This document shows, piece by piece, positions 16,369-25,542 of a stretch of DNA of 39,129 nt. This DNA comes from Acidobacteriota bacterium (GTDB lineage Bacteria > Acidobacteriota > Vicinamibacteria > Vicinamibacterales > Fen-181), in assembly GCA_003157675.1 (NCBI GenBank), contig PMKG01000469.1:2262-41390 (forward strand). Direction: 5' to 3'. The stretch's first letter is position 1; the number at the start of each line of letters is the position of its first letter. A program made the position numbers and the translations under genes. The notes below the pieces were generated by a model, which ran no database searches, was not told where the DNA came from, and saw nothing but the letters and a program-made list of their open reading frames with translations.

Positions 16369-18042
16369 TCAAAACCCAATCGCCAAACCGTCCTTGCGCG
16401 GGTCGGAACCGCCCATCAGCACGCCGGTCCGGCGATCGATCCCGATCCCCTGGAATCCGCCGAACACGCCTCGCGACTCGAAGACGCGGTGGCCGCGCGC
16501 CATCAGGCCGGCGCGCGCCTCCGGGTCGATTCCCGATTCGACGGCGAGGCCGTCGGCCGAGTGGCGGATCCGCGCCGCCTCTCCCGCTTCCTGCACCGTC
16601 ATGCCGAACTCCAGCATGTTGAGCAGCACCTGCACATGCCCCTGCGGCTGGAGGTCTCCACCCATTACGCCGAACGAGAGAAACGGCAGACCGTCGCGGA
16701 GGACCATCGCCGGAATGAGCGTGTGCAGCGGGCGTTTGCCGGGGCCGAGGCGATTGGGGTGGCGCGGGTCGAGCACGAACAGGCTGCCGCGGTTCTGCAG
16801 GGCGATGCCGGTCCCGGGAGGAACGACCGCCGAGCCGAACGACTCGAAGAGGGACTGGATGAGCGAGACCGCCATGCCGCGACCGTCGACGACGGAGAGG
16901 CAAACCGTGTCGCCCGAGCCGGTCGGGGGAGCGCCGTGCGTCCTCTCTCCCGCCTCCGGCGGGCGCACGGGCAGGGCGCCGCAGGCGACCTCACTCGCGG
17001 CGCGCTCGGGATCGATCGACCGGCGGCGATCTGACGCGTACTCCTTCGACACCAGGGCGGCCAGGGCCGAGGCCTCGACGCAATCGGGATCGGCCAGGTA
17101 GGCGTCGCGGTCGGCGAACGCGAGGCGCTTGGCCTCGGCGATCGCGTGCAGGTACGGGGCGGTGTTGTGGCCCAACGCGCGAAGGTCGAACGCCTCGAGG
17201 ATGTTGAGCATCTCGAGGACGACGAACCCCTGCGTGTTGGGCGACATCTCGCACACTTCGCACCCGCGGAACGTGGTGCGGAGCGGCTCGACCCACCGCG
17301 CGGAGTAGGCAGCGAGATCCGCGTCGTCGATCAGGCCGCCGCGCGAGGCGAGGTGGGCGCCAATGGCGCGGGCGAGCGGGCCGCGGTAGAACGCGTCGCG
17401 CCCGCCCGAGGCGATCTGCTCGAGCGATCGGGAGAGCGACGGATTGCGGAACATCTCGCCGGCGCGCGGCGCGCGGCCGCCCGGCAGGAACACCTCGGCC
17501 GCGGTGGCGTCGGCGGCGAGGGCCGCCTCGACGTCGCGCCACTGGCCCGCGACGATCTCGCAGACGGGAAAGCCGTCTCTCGCATACCCGATGGCCGGCT
17601 GCAACGCGTCGGCGAGCGCGATCGTGCCGTGGCGGGAGAGGAGCTCGGACCACCCGTCCACCGCGCCCGGAACGGTGACCGCCAGGGCGCCGCGCGACGG
17701 GATGCGCGTATGGCCGGCGCGAACGAGCGACTCGCACGAGGCCCCTCGGCCGGTCGGGCCGCTCGCATTCAGGCCGTGCAGCCGGCCGTCCGGTTCGCAC
17801 ACGATGGCGAACAGGTCGCCGCCGATGCCGGTCATCGTCGGCTCGATGACGGCGAGCACGGCGGCCGCGGTGACAGCGGCGTCGACGGCATTGCCGCCGC
17901 GGCGGAGCACGTCGAGGCCGGCCGAGGAGGCGAGCGGCTGGCTGGTGGCGATCATGCCGCCGCGCGCGAGCGACACCGAGCGCGTGCCGCGCGGGTTGCC
18001 CGACGGGCGGTCGCCGGGGATGATGGGCCGGGGATCAGCCAT
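16369..18042 (-). CDS. ggt: Gamma-glutamyltransferase family protein, with no signal peptide
   Basis: GGMIATSQPLASSAGLDVLRRGGNAVDAAV is present, with the autoprocessing/nucleophile region GSGDTVCLSVVDGRGMAVSLIQSLFESFGS and GVMGGDLQPQGHVQ. I prefer ATG 18042 (MADPRP...) over the track start at 18117. Confidence 0.8.
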   Translation of the reverse strand: MADPRPIIPGDRPSGNPRGTRSVSLARGGMIATSQPLASSAGLDVLRRGGNAVDAAVTAAAVLAVIEPTMTGIGGDLFAIVCEPDGRLHGLNASGPTGRGASCESLVRAGHTRIPSRGALAVTVPGAVDGWSELLSRHGTIALADALQPAIGYARDGFPVCEIVAGQWRDVEAALAADATAAEVFLPGGRAPRAGEMFRNPSLSRSLEQIASGGRDAFYRGPLARAIGAHLASRGGLIDDADLAAYSARWVEPLRTTFRGCEVCEMSPNTQGFVVLEMLNILEAFDLRALGHNTAPYLHAIAEAKRLAFADRDAYLADPDCVEASALAALVSKEYASDRRRSIDPERAASEVACGALPVRPPEAGERTHGAPPTGSGDTVCLSVVDGRGMAVSLIQSLFESFGSAVVPPGTGIALQNRGSLFVLDPRHPNRLGPGKRPLHTLIPAMVLRDGLPFLSFGVMGGDLQPQGHVQVLLNMLEFGMTVQEAGEAARIRHSADGLAVESGIDPEARAGLMARGHRVFESRGVFGGFQGIGIDRRTGVLMGGSDPRKDGLAIGF

Positions 18043-18163
18043 GCGAACCGGATTGTACCAGGCCGCAAGCCGGATCTGGCATCCGCCCCCATTTCGTTGT
18101 ATACCGTGTGTGAACATCGCCGACAGCTTGTTGCCCGGTCACCTTCGATCCGGGGAGGAACCG

Positions 18164-18685
18164 ATGGTCTGGGTGCTCTCGCTCCTGGTCGCCGTCCTCG
18201 TCGCGGTCACCGCGGTCGCTCTGGGTCGCCGGTATGTCGCGTTGCGGGGCGCGAGAATTGTCGAGTGCCCGGAGACCAAGGCCCCGGCCGCCGTGAGCCT
18301 CCGCGCCGCGCGCGCCGCGGTGGGGGGGTCGTTCTCGCTCTCCGAGTGCTCGCGCTGGCCCGAGCGAAGGACGTGCGGCCAGCAGTGCCTGGCGCAGATC
18401 GAACGCGCGCCCGCCGACTGCCTCGTCCGGACGATCGTCACCAACTGGTACGCGGGGAAGACGTGCGCCGTCTGCCGCAGGCCGCTCGACGCGATCGACT
18501 GGTTCGAGCGGAAGCCCGGGTTCATCGACGGGGCCGGCAGGGCCCGGTCGTGGGTGGACCTCCCGCCCGACGAACTGCCCGCCGTGCTGGCGCACGAGCA
18601 ACCGATCTGCTTCGACTGTTACGTCGCCGCCTCGTTCAGGCAGGAGCACGCGGACCTGGTGATCGACAACCCCTGGAAGCGGTGA
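18164..18685 (+). CDS. Hypothetical membrane-anchored Cys-rich protein (9 Cys, including CAVC and CFDC pairs)
   Basis: ATG 18164 is preceded by GGGGAGGA. It has one N-terminal TM segment followed by a soluble domain containing ECPETK, ECSRWPERRTCGQQC, KTCAVCRRP and PICFDCY. The upstream part of the 413-aa track ORF is a shadow of ggt. Confidence 0.55.
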   Translation: MVWVLSLLVAVLVAVTAVALGRRYVALRGARIVECPETKAPAAVSLRAARAAVGGSFSLSECSRWPERRTCGQQCLAQIERAPADCLVRTIVTNWYAGKTCAVCRRPLDAIDWFERKPGFIDGAGRARSWVDLPPDELPAVLAHEQPICFDCYVAASFRQEHADLVIDNPWKR

Positions 18686-18865
18686 GGCGAACCCGCAGGC
18701 CCCTCTTTCCGTCTATCGATCATGGAAAGGGGCCGTGCGATGTTCAGTGCCATCTACGACAAGGCGGACTGGGGTGTCGGCGTACTGCTGCTCGCCGCGA
18801 TCGCCTGCGCCGTGTTCCTCTGAGTACGAAAGCCATCCGTAGGACGACCGTTCGGAGTTGCCTGA

Positions 18866-18960
18866 GGCAAGGCTAAAGCCTCGCCCTACACACGGTCCTG
18901 CATCGTCCGTGCGTGGGGCGACCGTCTGGTTCGTATGTAGGGCGACCCTTCAGGGTTGCC
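18866..18960. repeat. Inverted pair of the 25-nt hairpin repeat with a 45-nt spacer
   Basis: GGCAAGGCTAAAGCCTCGCCCTACA (18866-18890, reverse orientation) pairs with TGTAGGGCGACCCTTCAGGGTTGCC (18936-18960). The latter is identical to the copy at 33154-33178. Confidence 0.85.
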
Positions 18961-18973
18961 TCATGCGACATGC

Positions 18974-19891
18974 TCACGATGCGATGTAGGTCTTCCGTGC
19001 GCGGGCCGTCATACCCGGCCGCTTGACCCGTACCTCGAGCTTGTGCGTCTTGCCGTCGCGCGCGTCGGCCGAGAAGCCGAGCAGGTACTGGCTGTGCAAC
19101 TCGAGGGCGACGCGCGTGAAGGTGGACGTCAGCTGGTCGGTACTCTTCAGCTCGAAGTACCCGCCGCCGGTGGCCTCCGCCAGCCTCTTCAAGCTCCTGT
19201 CGGGCATCGTCCGCACGTGCCTGCCGTTGACGACGTCCTGCCCCTGCAGGCCGATCGCATAGACCATCACCTCCTCGACCTGCGCGCGGTCGAGCACGGT
19301 GCCGAACCGCGTCCGGCTCTGATTGTCGGCGCCGTCGGTGAACACGAGGACGACCTTCCGTCCCTCGACCTCCCGCAGCTCGTTCAGCCCTTCGGCGATC
19401 GCGTCGTAGAGACGCGTGGGATTCCCGAAATCGATGTTGGGGAGCGAAGCGATCAGCTCATCACGGTCGCCGCTCATCGGCGAGAACATCTGGATCTTGT
19501 CGTTGAAGTCGCCGACGCGCGCGCGGTCCCCGGGGAGTAGGCGCAGCAGGAACTGTTCGGCCCCCTGCTTGAGGAATTCGAGGTTGCCCGTCATGCTGCC
19601 GGAGGTGTCGAGCATCACGACGACGGTGATCGGCAGGATCTCGCTGCTGAATACCGTCAGCGGCTGCGGCTTGTCGTTGTCGAGGACCTCGAACTCATCG
19701 CGCGCCAGGCCGGGGACGAGGCGCCCGGCCTCGGTCACCGTCGTGTACAGCGAGACGGTCTTGACTCCGGCGCGAAACGTGGACGGCGGCTGGACCTGCG
19801 CCAGAGCCGGCACGACGGCCAGGAGGGCGGCGGCGACGACCAGGGCGCGTTGAGCTGGAGCCATGGACCGAGAGTAGCACGGCTGGTACAT
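18974..19891 (-). CDS. Secreted VWA-domain protein (acidobacterial VWFA-related type)
   Basis: The signal peptide is ALVVAAALLAVVPALAQ. The N-terminal FRAGVKTVSLYTTVTEAGRLVPGLARDEFEVLDNDKPQPL module is followed by the MIDAS motif VVVMLDTSGSM. An alternative start is ATG 19864. Confidence 0.75.
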   Translation of the reverse strand: MYQPCYSRSMAPAQRALVVAAALLAVVPALAQVQPPSTFRAGVKTVSLYTTVTEAGRLVPGLARDEFEVLDNDKPQPLTVFSSEILPITVVVMLDTSGSMTGNLEFLKQGAEQFLLRLLPGDRARVGDFNDKIQMFSPMSGDRDELIASLPNIDFGNPTRLYDAIAEGLNELREVEGRKVVLVFTDGADNQSRTRFGTVLDRAQVEEVMVYAIGLQGQDVVNGRHVRTMPDRSLKRLAEATGGGYFELKSTDQLTSTFTRVALELHSQYLLGFSADARDGKTHKLEVRVKRPGMTARARKTYIAS

Positions 19892-20047
19892 CGGAAGGCG
19901 GCCCGCGGCGACCCTCTGGCCGCCAGTCGCAAGTCGCGAGCCGCCCCTCGACGTGGCTCGGGACGGCCCTGAGCCAGTCGAAGGGCCTCGAGCCGCCGTA
20001 TACTGTGGGGGCCCCGCGCCTGGTCCGTCTTCCCCGAGGAGCGCTCG

Positions 20048-20497
20048 ATGTCAGAACCGCGTCCGCCGCTCGTGGCCACGCTCGAATGGGATGGTGAGCA
20101 GCAGTTCACCGGCGAGGTCGGCAAGCACTCCGTCGGCATGGACGGGTCGGCCAACTCCGCGCCGACGCCCGTGCAGCTGCTGGCGCTCTCGCTGGCCGGG
20201 TGCATGGCGATCGACCTCGTGCACATCCTGACCAGGGGACGCCACCCCGTCCGTTCGCTGCAGACGACGATGACCGTCCATCGCGCCGCCGAGGAGCCCC
20301 GGCGGTTCACCCGCGTGCACCTGGACTTCACGCTGGCCGGCGAGATGCTGCCCGAGCACGTGGAGCGGGCGATCGACCTGTCGCGCGAGAAGTATTGCTC
20401 GGTCTGGAACACCCTCCGGCAGGACATCGAGCTCGTGGTGGCCTTCACGATCGAAGGGCCGGCGTCAGCGTCCGAGGCCGCGCCGAAGGGGCGATGA
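20048..20497 (+). CDS. OsmC/Ohr-family peroxiredoxin-like protein
   Basis: GAGGAG lies 6 nt upstream of the ATG. PTPVQLLALSLAGCMAIDL and REKYCSVWNTL carry the two family Cys motifs. Confidence 0.75.
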   Translation: MSEPRPPLVATLEWDGEQQFTGEVGKHSVGMDGSANSAPTPVQLLALSLAGCMAIDLVHILTRGRHPVRSLQTTMTVHRAAEEPRRFTRVHLDFTLAGEMLPEHVERAIDLSREKYCSVWNTLRQDIELVVAFTIEGPASASEAAPKGR

Positions 20498-21612
20498 CGG
20501 TCCCGGGTCGCGGCACTGTCGGCCGGCTGAGCTACGTCGACTGGATGCGGGGGCTCGCCATCCTCATCATGATCGAGGCCCACGTGCTCGACGCGTGGAT
20601 CCGGCCGGAGGACCGCCAGACGCTGGCCTTCAACCTGTCCTCGATCCTGGCCGGCTTTGCCGCCCCGATGTTCCTGTTCCTGGCCGGCGTCTCCGTCGCG
20701 CTGGCTTCGGGTTCCGGCGAGAGGAGGACCGGCAGCGCCGCCGGCGCCGCCGCGCGCGTGCGCCGTCGCGGCTGGGAGATCTTCGGCCTCGCCTACCTGT
20801 TCCGCCTCCAGGCTTACATCCTCAACCCGAAGGCGATGCTGGCCGGTGTGTTCAAGGTCGACATCCTCAACATCATGGGGCCGTCGATTGTCGCGGCAAC
20901 CATGCTGTGGCAGGCGGCGGGGCGCACCCGGCGTCGGCTGCTCGTCCTCGGCGGCGCCGCGCTGGCCGTCGGGCTCGTCACGCCGCTCGTCCGGACCGCG
21001 TCGTGGATCGGCGCGCTGCCGCCGGTCGTGCAGTGGTACCTGCGCCCGATGCCCGGCCGGAACAACTTCACTTTCTTCCCGTGGGGAGGGTTCGTGCTCG
21101 CCGGCGCCCTGGTCGGGGTCGTCATCGACCGGGGGCGAGACGAGGACGCCGCCCGCCGGCTGCACGCGTGGATGGCCCCCGGAGCCCTGCTGTTCGCCGC
21201 CGCCTGTTACGCCGGGTCGTACCTGCCGTCGGTGTACGCCGACTCGCAGTTCTGGACCAGCTCCCCGATGTTCTTCCTGCTGCGCATCGGCGTCGCGACT
21301 TCGATGCTGTCGGTCCTGTATTTCTACGAGCGCCGCCCGCGCCTGTTGGGCGCGGCGTGGCCATGGGCATCGCCGATGGTGCGCTTCGGGCAGGCGTCGC
21401 TGTTCGTTTACTGGGTGCACGTCGAGCTGGTGTACGGGGTGCTCAGCCAGCCGCTCCACCGGAGGCTGCCGTTCCCGACGATGGTCGCGGCGTTTGTCGT
21501 CTTCAGCCTGGCGATGTTCGGCCTGGCGATGGGGAAGAACGCGACGGTCGCGCGCTGGAGGCAGTGGCGCGCCGAGGTGGCCGCCCCGCCGTCGATGGCC
21601 GAGAAGGCCTGA
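20494..21612 (+). CDS. DUF1624 / heparan-alpha-glucosaminide N-acetyltransferase-like membrane acyltransferase
   Basis: ATG 20494 overlaps the OsmC-family gene's stop (ATGA). It reads RLSYVDWMRGLAILIMIEAHVLDAW and has about 9 TM helices. Confidence 0.65.
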   Translation: MTVPGRGTVGRLSYVDWMRGLAILIMIEAHVLDAWIRPEDRQTLAFNLSSILAGFAAPMFLFLAGVSVALASGSGERRTGSAAGAAARVRRRGWEIFGLAYLFRLQAYILNPKAMLAGVFKVDILNIMGPSIVAATMLWQAAGRTRRRLLVLGGAALAVGLVTPLVRTASWIGALPPVVQWYLRPMPGRNNFTFFPWGGFVLAGALVGVVIDRGRDEDAARRLHAWMAPGALLFAAACYAGSYLPSVYADSQFWTSSPMFFLLRIGVATSMLSVLYFYERRPRLLGAAWPWASPMVRFGQASLFVYWVHVELVYGVLSQPLHRRLPFPTMVAAFVVFSLAMFGLAMGKNATVARWRQWRAEVAAPPSMAEKA

Positions 21613-21888
21613 CCGCGCCAAGGCACCTGTCCCTACCGCGCGGGAACGAAATCGTGTAAAGTATCCTTACCTCCCCGTGTGGTCCGGACGCTCTCTCCGG
21701 GGTTTCTCACCCGCGGTTATAGGGGAGGCGGGCGCTCGACTCGGCACCCGGCCGGCTCCTGGATCCGGCTTCGTTCATCATCGCCACGCACGTCCGTCTG
21801 GCCCGCGTTACGGCCCGGCGACGGGGCGGGGCTCGACAACAAACGTAGTGATCGTCCAATCCCGCCAGCGAGTTCTTCGGGGGCTCTC

Positions 21889-22632
21889 ATGCAACAGCGC
21901 CGGCCTAGGCTCGGTGACATCGTAGACGACTATTGTCCGCGCGAACGCCGCCTCACCAACCACGCCATCGTCGCGATGGTCGAGGATGACGTCAAGCAGA
22001 CGCGGTGCGCGACGTGCGACACCGAGCACGAGTTCAAGCACGGAAGGATGCCGACGCTCAGGCGGAAGAAGGACTCCGTCTCGGCGGCGTACAAAGAGGT
22101 TCTCGCGGCCGTGACGTCGGACCCGGCGATGGCCGTCCCGCACGTGGTGGCGGCGCCGCGTGATGAGGCCCAGCCCGTCGAGCCGCCGGCCGAATCGACC
22201 GGCCTGGCGCCGGACGTCGCCGACGCCGCAGCGGAGGTTTCCGAGCCCCGCGAGCCGCTGGGTGAAGACCCGGCCCTCGCGGCCAGCGGTTCGGCGGAGC
22301 CGGTCGAGTCGGACCAGTCGGAAGGCGGCCGCGTGCACCGCCGGCTGATCCGCGCGACGCTGCCCCGGTCCGAGAGCCAGCCGGTCGTGCGCCCGATTCC
22401 CGAGTTCACGATGCACCAGCCCCAGGGCCGACCCGGCAAGTTCCGCGGCCCGATGGGGCGCGGCGCGGGGCCCAGACCCGTCGGCGGGCGCGGCGGCCAC
22501 GCCGGCGCCGTCTCGCGCGGCCCGGTCTTCGGGCGCCAGGCCGGAACCCGAACCGGGGCCGGCCGGAACGAGATGCCCCGGCATAGCCGGGGCCCCCAGC
22601 CGGCCCGGCACGGCAAGAAACACTCGAAGTAA
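21889..22632 (+). CDS. Hypothetical protein: small N-terminal Cys/His domain (C-x23-C-x2-C-x3-H) plus a long disordered acidic then Gly/Arg/Pro-rich tail
   Basis: ATG 21889. MQQRRPRLGDIVDDYCPRERRLTNHAIVAMVEDDVKQTRCATCDTEHEF is followed by low-complexity sequence. It lies 24 nt upstream of fabI. Confidence 0.5.
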   Translation: MQQRRPRLGDIVDDYCPRERRLTNHAIVAMVEDDVKQTRCATCDTEHEFKHGRMPTLRRKKDSVSAAYKEVLAAVTSDPAMAVPHVVAAPRDEAQPVEPPAESTGLAPDVADAAAEVSEPREPLGEDPALAASGSAEPVESDQSEGGRVHRRLIRATLPRSESQPVVRPIPEFTMHQPQGRPGKFRGPMGRGAGPRPVGGRGGHAGAVSRGPVFGRQAGTRTGAGRNEMPRHSRGPQPARHGKKHSK

Positions 22633-22656
22633 GCGCGGCGGCTGACCGAAACCAGG

Positions 22657-23430
22657 ATGAGCGATCTCTCCGGCCAATTCGGCGTCGTCGTCGGCATCGC
22701 GAACAGGCGGTCGATCGCGTGGGCCATCGCGCAGGCCGCCTCTCAGGCCGGGGCGCGGCTCGCGCTGACCTACCAGGACGACCGCCTCCGGGAGAACGTC
22801 GAGGAACTGGCCGCGCTGACCCGCGATCCGCTGGTGCTGCCCTGCGACGTCGCCCATGACCAGGCCCTCGACGAACTGTTCGAGACGATCGACCGCGAGT
22901 TCGGCGGTCTCGACTTCGTCGTGCACGGCGCCGCGTTCGCGCCGAAGGCCGAGCTCGCCGACCGGTTCGTCCGGACCTCGCGCGACGGGTTTCGGATCGC
23001 TCTCGACGTCAGCGCGTATTCGCTCGTCGCCATGGCCCGCCGCGCCCATCCGCTGATGGTGCGGCGCGGCGGCGGCAGCATCGTGACGCTGACCTATCTC
23101 GGCAGCCAGCGCGTGTTCCCCAACTACAACGTGATGGGCGTCGCCAAGGCCGCGCTCGAGGCAAGCGTCCGCTACCTGGCGCACGACCTCGGACCCGACA
23201 ACATCCGCGTCAACGCCATCTCGGCCGGGCCGATCCGCACGCTCGCCGCCACGGGCATCGCGGGGTTCGGCGACATCCTGGGCATCTACCGCGACCGGGC
23301 GCCGCTCAGGCGGAACATCGCGGCCGAGGAAGTCGCCGCCGCCGCCATGTTCCTCATCGGCGCCGAGAGCCGCGGGGTGACTGGCGAGATTCTCTTCGTG
23401 GACGCGGGATTCCACACGGCTGGGATCTGA
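22657..23430 (+). CDS. fabI: Enoyl-[acyl-carrier-protein] reductase (NADH)
   Basis: GVVVGIANRRSIAWAIAQAASQAGARLALTYQ...LTYLGSQRVFPNYNVMGVAKAALEASVRYLA...RVNAISAGPIRTLAA contains the Y-x6-K FabI signature. Confidence 0.9.
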   Translation: MSDLSGQFGVVVGIANRRSIAWAIAQAASQAGARLALTYQDDRLRENVEELAALTRDPLVLPCDVAHDQALDELFETIDREFGGLDFVVHGAAFAPKAELADRFVRTSRDGFRIALDVSAYSLVAMARRAHPLMVRRGGGSIVTLTYLGSQRVFPNYNVMGVAKAALEASVRYLAHDLGPDNIRVNAISAGPIRTLAATGIAGFGDILGIYRDRAPLRRNIAAEEVAAAAMFLIGAESRGVTGEILFVDAGFHTAGI

Positions 23431-23461
23431 CGGTCGCAGGTTTACGTCTTACGCCGGTTGC

Positions 23462-25513
23462 CTAGCCGACCGGTGTCACGCTGTGGATGGCGCGCAGGGT
23501 GGACGCCCGGCCGGGGAACTGGCCGGCGATGACGGGGACGGCGGCGACGGCCGCAGCCAGAGCCGGCTTGCGCGTCTTCTTGTCGCGGTACATCCGGCTG
23601 TCGGCTGCCGCAAGCAGGATCTCGTACGTCTCGCCGTCGGACGGGAACACGGCGGCGCCCGCGCTCATGCTGACGTGCAGCATCCGGCCGGCGACCACCT
23701 CGAGGGCGATGTCGCTCACGGCCTGCTGAAGCTCCACGCGCTTGGCCTCGGCCTCCTGGATCCCGCACCCGGGCAGAACGATGATGAACTCGTCGCCCGC
23801 GTACCGGGCGCAGACGTCGTAGTGGCGCACCGTGTCGCGCAGCATGCGCGCCACGGCCTGCAGCGCCCGGTCGCCGGCCTGGTGACCGAACGTGTCGTTG
23901 ATTTGCTTGAACTCGTCGAGGTCGAGCACGAGGACGGCGACCTCGGCGCCAAGCCGCTGGGCCCGCGCGAGCTCGCGCGTCAGGTGCGTGAAGATGTAGC
24001 GCGTGTTCGGAAGCCCCGTCAGCGCGTCGCGGAGCGAGTCGTCGCGCGTCCGCTCGAACACGATCGAGTTGGAGATGGCCGCTGCCGTCTGATCGGAAAT
24101 CTGATCGAGCAGGCGGCGATGCTCCTCCGTGTAGAAGCCCGCGACGGCGTGATAGAGCGCCAGCGCGCCCACGATCCGGTCGCCTGAAATCAGCGGGCAG
24201 ACCAGCGCCGACTGCAGGTCGGTCCCGGCCGCCGGAAGCGCGCACGCCTCGAAGTCGGCCGCCGGCTTGCCGTTGACGAGCGACCTCCGGTTGCGGATGA
24301 CCCACCCGACGAGGCCGCTGCCCTCGTCGAGGATCATCTGCCGGAGGTCGTCCTCCCGGACCCCCGACGCGAACCGGCACCGAGCCGTCCCGTCGTCGTC
24401 GCCGATGAAGAGGGCGCAGCTCGAGAACGGGATGAGCGTGGTCAGCTTGCCGGCGATGAGCGACATCGTGTCGGCCAGGCCCAGGCTCGAGCCGATCGCT
24501 TGTGCGATCTCGTACAAGGAGTAGATTTCCTGGTGGGCCTTGGCGATGTTCTCGAACGCTGTCCTCTCGCCGTTGTGGGACGGGCGGGACAATCGCACGA
24601 GCTCCTGGTGCTCGCGCGAGCCGGCCCCGGCCGCGACGACGCCCGCGAGCGGCCGCGTCGCCAGCAGGCCGAGGAAGACCGACACGAGATGCGGATCGAA
24701 CGCCCGGCCCGACTCCTCCCGCAGCGACAGCGCCGCCAGCTCGCTCGACACCCCCTTGTTGTAGGGGCGGTCGCGCATCACCGAGTCGAAGTAGTCGGCC
24801 ACGGCGAGCACCCGGGCCCCCAGCGGAATGTCGTCGGCGCGGAGGCCCAGCGGGTAGCCCGAGCCGTCCCAACGTTCGTGGTGGCAGAGGACCAGTGGGG
24901 CGACCGGGCACGGGAACGGCACGTGCTCGATGATCTCGAACCCCACCTGCGGATGGATCTTGATCCGCTCGAACTCCTCGTCGGTGAGCGGCCCGGGCTT
25001 CGACAGGATGTGCTCGGGCACGGCCAGCTTGCCCACGTCGTGCAGGAGGGCGGCGGTGGCGATGGCCTCGACCTCGTCCTCATCGAGTTGAATCTCCCGC
25101 GCCAGGGCCCGCGCCAATTTCTGCACGTGGCGGATGTGCGCGGCCGAAGTCTTGTCCTTGGCGTCGATCGCCGAGGCGAGTGCCTCGATGGTGGCCATGT
25201 TCAGGCCGGACAACTGCCGCTGCTCGGCGGCGGTCCGGGCCAGCGCCTGACTGCGCCGGTGCCCCGTCCACCACGCGACGGCGGCCACCAGGGCGAGCAG
25301 GGCGCTCCAGGACGCGGAGCCGCGCAGCGCCAGTACCGAGGCCCAGGCGGTGGCAGAGAGCGCCGCCGGATACGTGACGCCGGGAGAGAGCACGAAGGAA
25401 ACGGCCGGTCGCTTCCAGGAGACGATCGTGGCGCCGATGCCCCGCAGCAGGTCGAAGACCGCGAGGCGGGGTGGCCGAACGTGAGCGATCAGACGCGTGG
25501 AAGACGGTGTCAC
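23462..25513 (-). CDS. Membrane-anchored c-di-GMP turnover protein: TM region, HD-GYP, GAF, then GGDEF (AGDEF variant)
   Basis: The HD-GYP domain reads LLHDVGKLAVPEHIL...CHHERWDGSGYPLGL. The GAF segment is LVGWVIRNRRSLVNG. The GGDEF domain is DALTGLPNTRYI...LVLDLDEFKQINDTFGHQAGD...RHYDVCARYAGDEFIIVLPG. GTG start at 25513; the exact start is uncertain. Confidence 0.85.
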   Translation of the reverse strand: MTPSSTRLIAHVRPPRLAVFDLLRGIGATIVSWKRPAVSFVLSPGVTYPAALSATAWASVLALRGSASWSALLALVAAVAWWTGHRRSQALARTAAEQRQLSGLNMATIEALASAIDAKDKTSAAHIRHVQKLARALAREIQLDEDEVEAIATAALLHDVGKLAVPEHILSKPGPLTDEEFERIKIHPQVGFEIIEHVPFPCPVAPLVLCHHERWDGSGYPLGLRADDIPLGARVLAVADYFDSVMRDRPYNKGVSSELAALSLREESGRAFDPHLVSVFLGLLATRPLAGVVAAGAGSREHQELVRLSRPSHNGERTAFENIAKAHQEIYSLYEIAQAIGSSLGLADTMSLIAGKLTTLIPFSSCALFIGDDDGTARCRFASGVREDDLRQMILDEGSGLVGWVIRNRRSLVNGKPAADFEACALPAAGTDLQSALVCPLISGDRIVGALALYHAVAGFYTEEHRRLLDQISDQTAAAISNSIVFERTRDDSLRDALTGLPNTRYIFTHLTRELARAQRLGAEVAVLVLDLDEFKQINDTFGHQAGDRALQAVARMLRDTVRHYDVCARYAGDEFIIVLPGCGIQEAEAKRVELQQAVSDIALEVVAGRMLHVSMSAGAAVFPSDGETYEILLAAADSRMYRDKKTRKPALAAAVAAVPVIAGQFPGRASTLRAIHSVTPVG

Positions 25514-25527
25514 TGCCGGGCTCTATC

Positions 25528-25542
25528 GCAAAAGCACTGCCG
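25528..25542 (-). promoter_or_regulatory. Candidate sigma-54 (-24/-12) promoter upstream of the c-di-GMP gene
   Basis: The minus strand reads CGGCAGTGCTTTTGC, against the consensus TGGCACG-N4-TTGC. GG and GC are at the exact canonical spacing, and GGCA and TTGC both match. It lies only about 15 nt upstream of the annotated GTG. Confidence 0.3.

Noticed and set aside
18740-18823. A 27-aa hydrophobic small ORF (MFSAIYDKADWGVGVLLLAAIACAVFL) after the Cys-rich gene.
   Set aside because: It has a plausible weak SD (AAGGGG) and one TM segment. It is too short to support from sequence alone, and it overlaps a terminator-like hairpin (18699-18734).
19735-21621. A 628-aa minus-strand ORF, together with the plus-strand ORFs 20595..21659 and 20657..21925.
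   Set aside because: They are antisense or off-frame to the OsmC-family and DUF1624 genes, are Arg/Pro-rich and contain no TM or catalytic motifs.
21613-21888. The 277-bp gap between the DUF1624 gene and the Cys/His protein gene, considered as an ncRNA or riboswitch.
   Set aside because: I found only a short hairpin (CCGGA-CGCTCTC-TCCGG). There is no tRNA cloverleaf and no SRP, tmRNA, RNase P or riboswitch signature I can recognise. A covariance-model scan would be needed.
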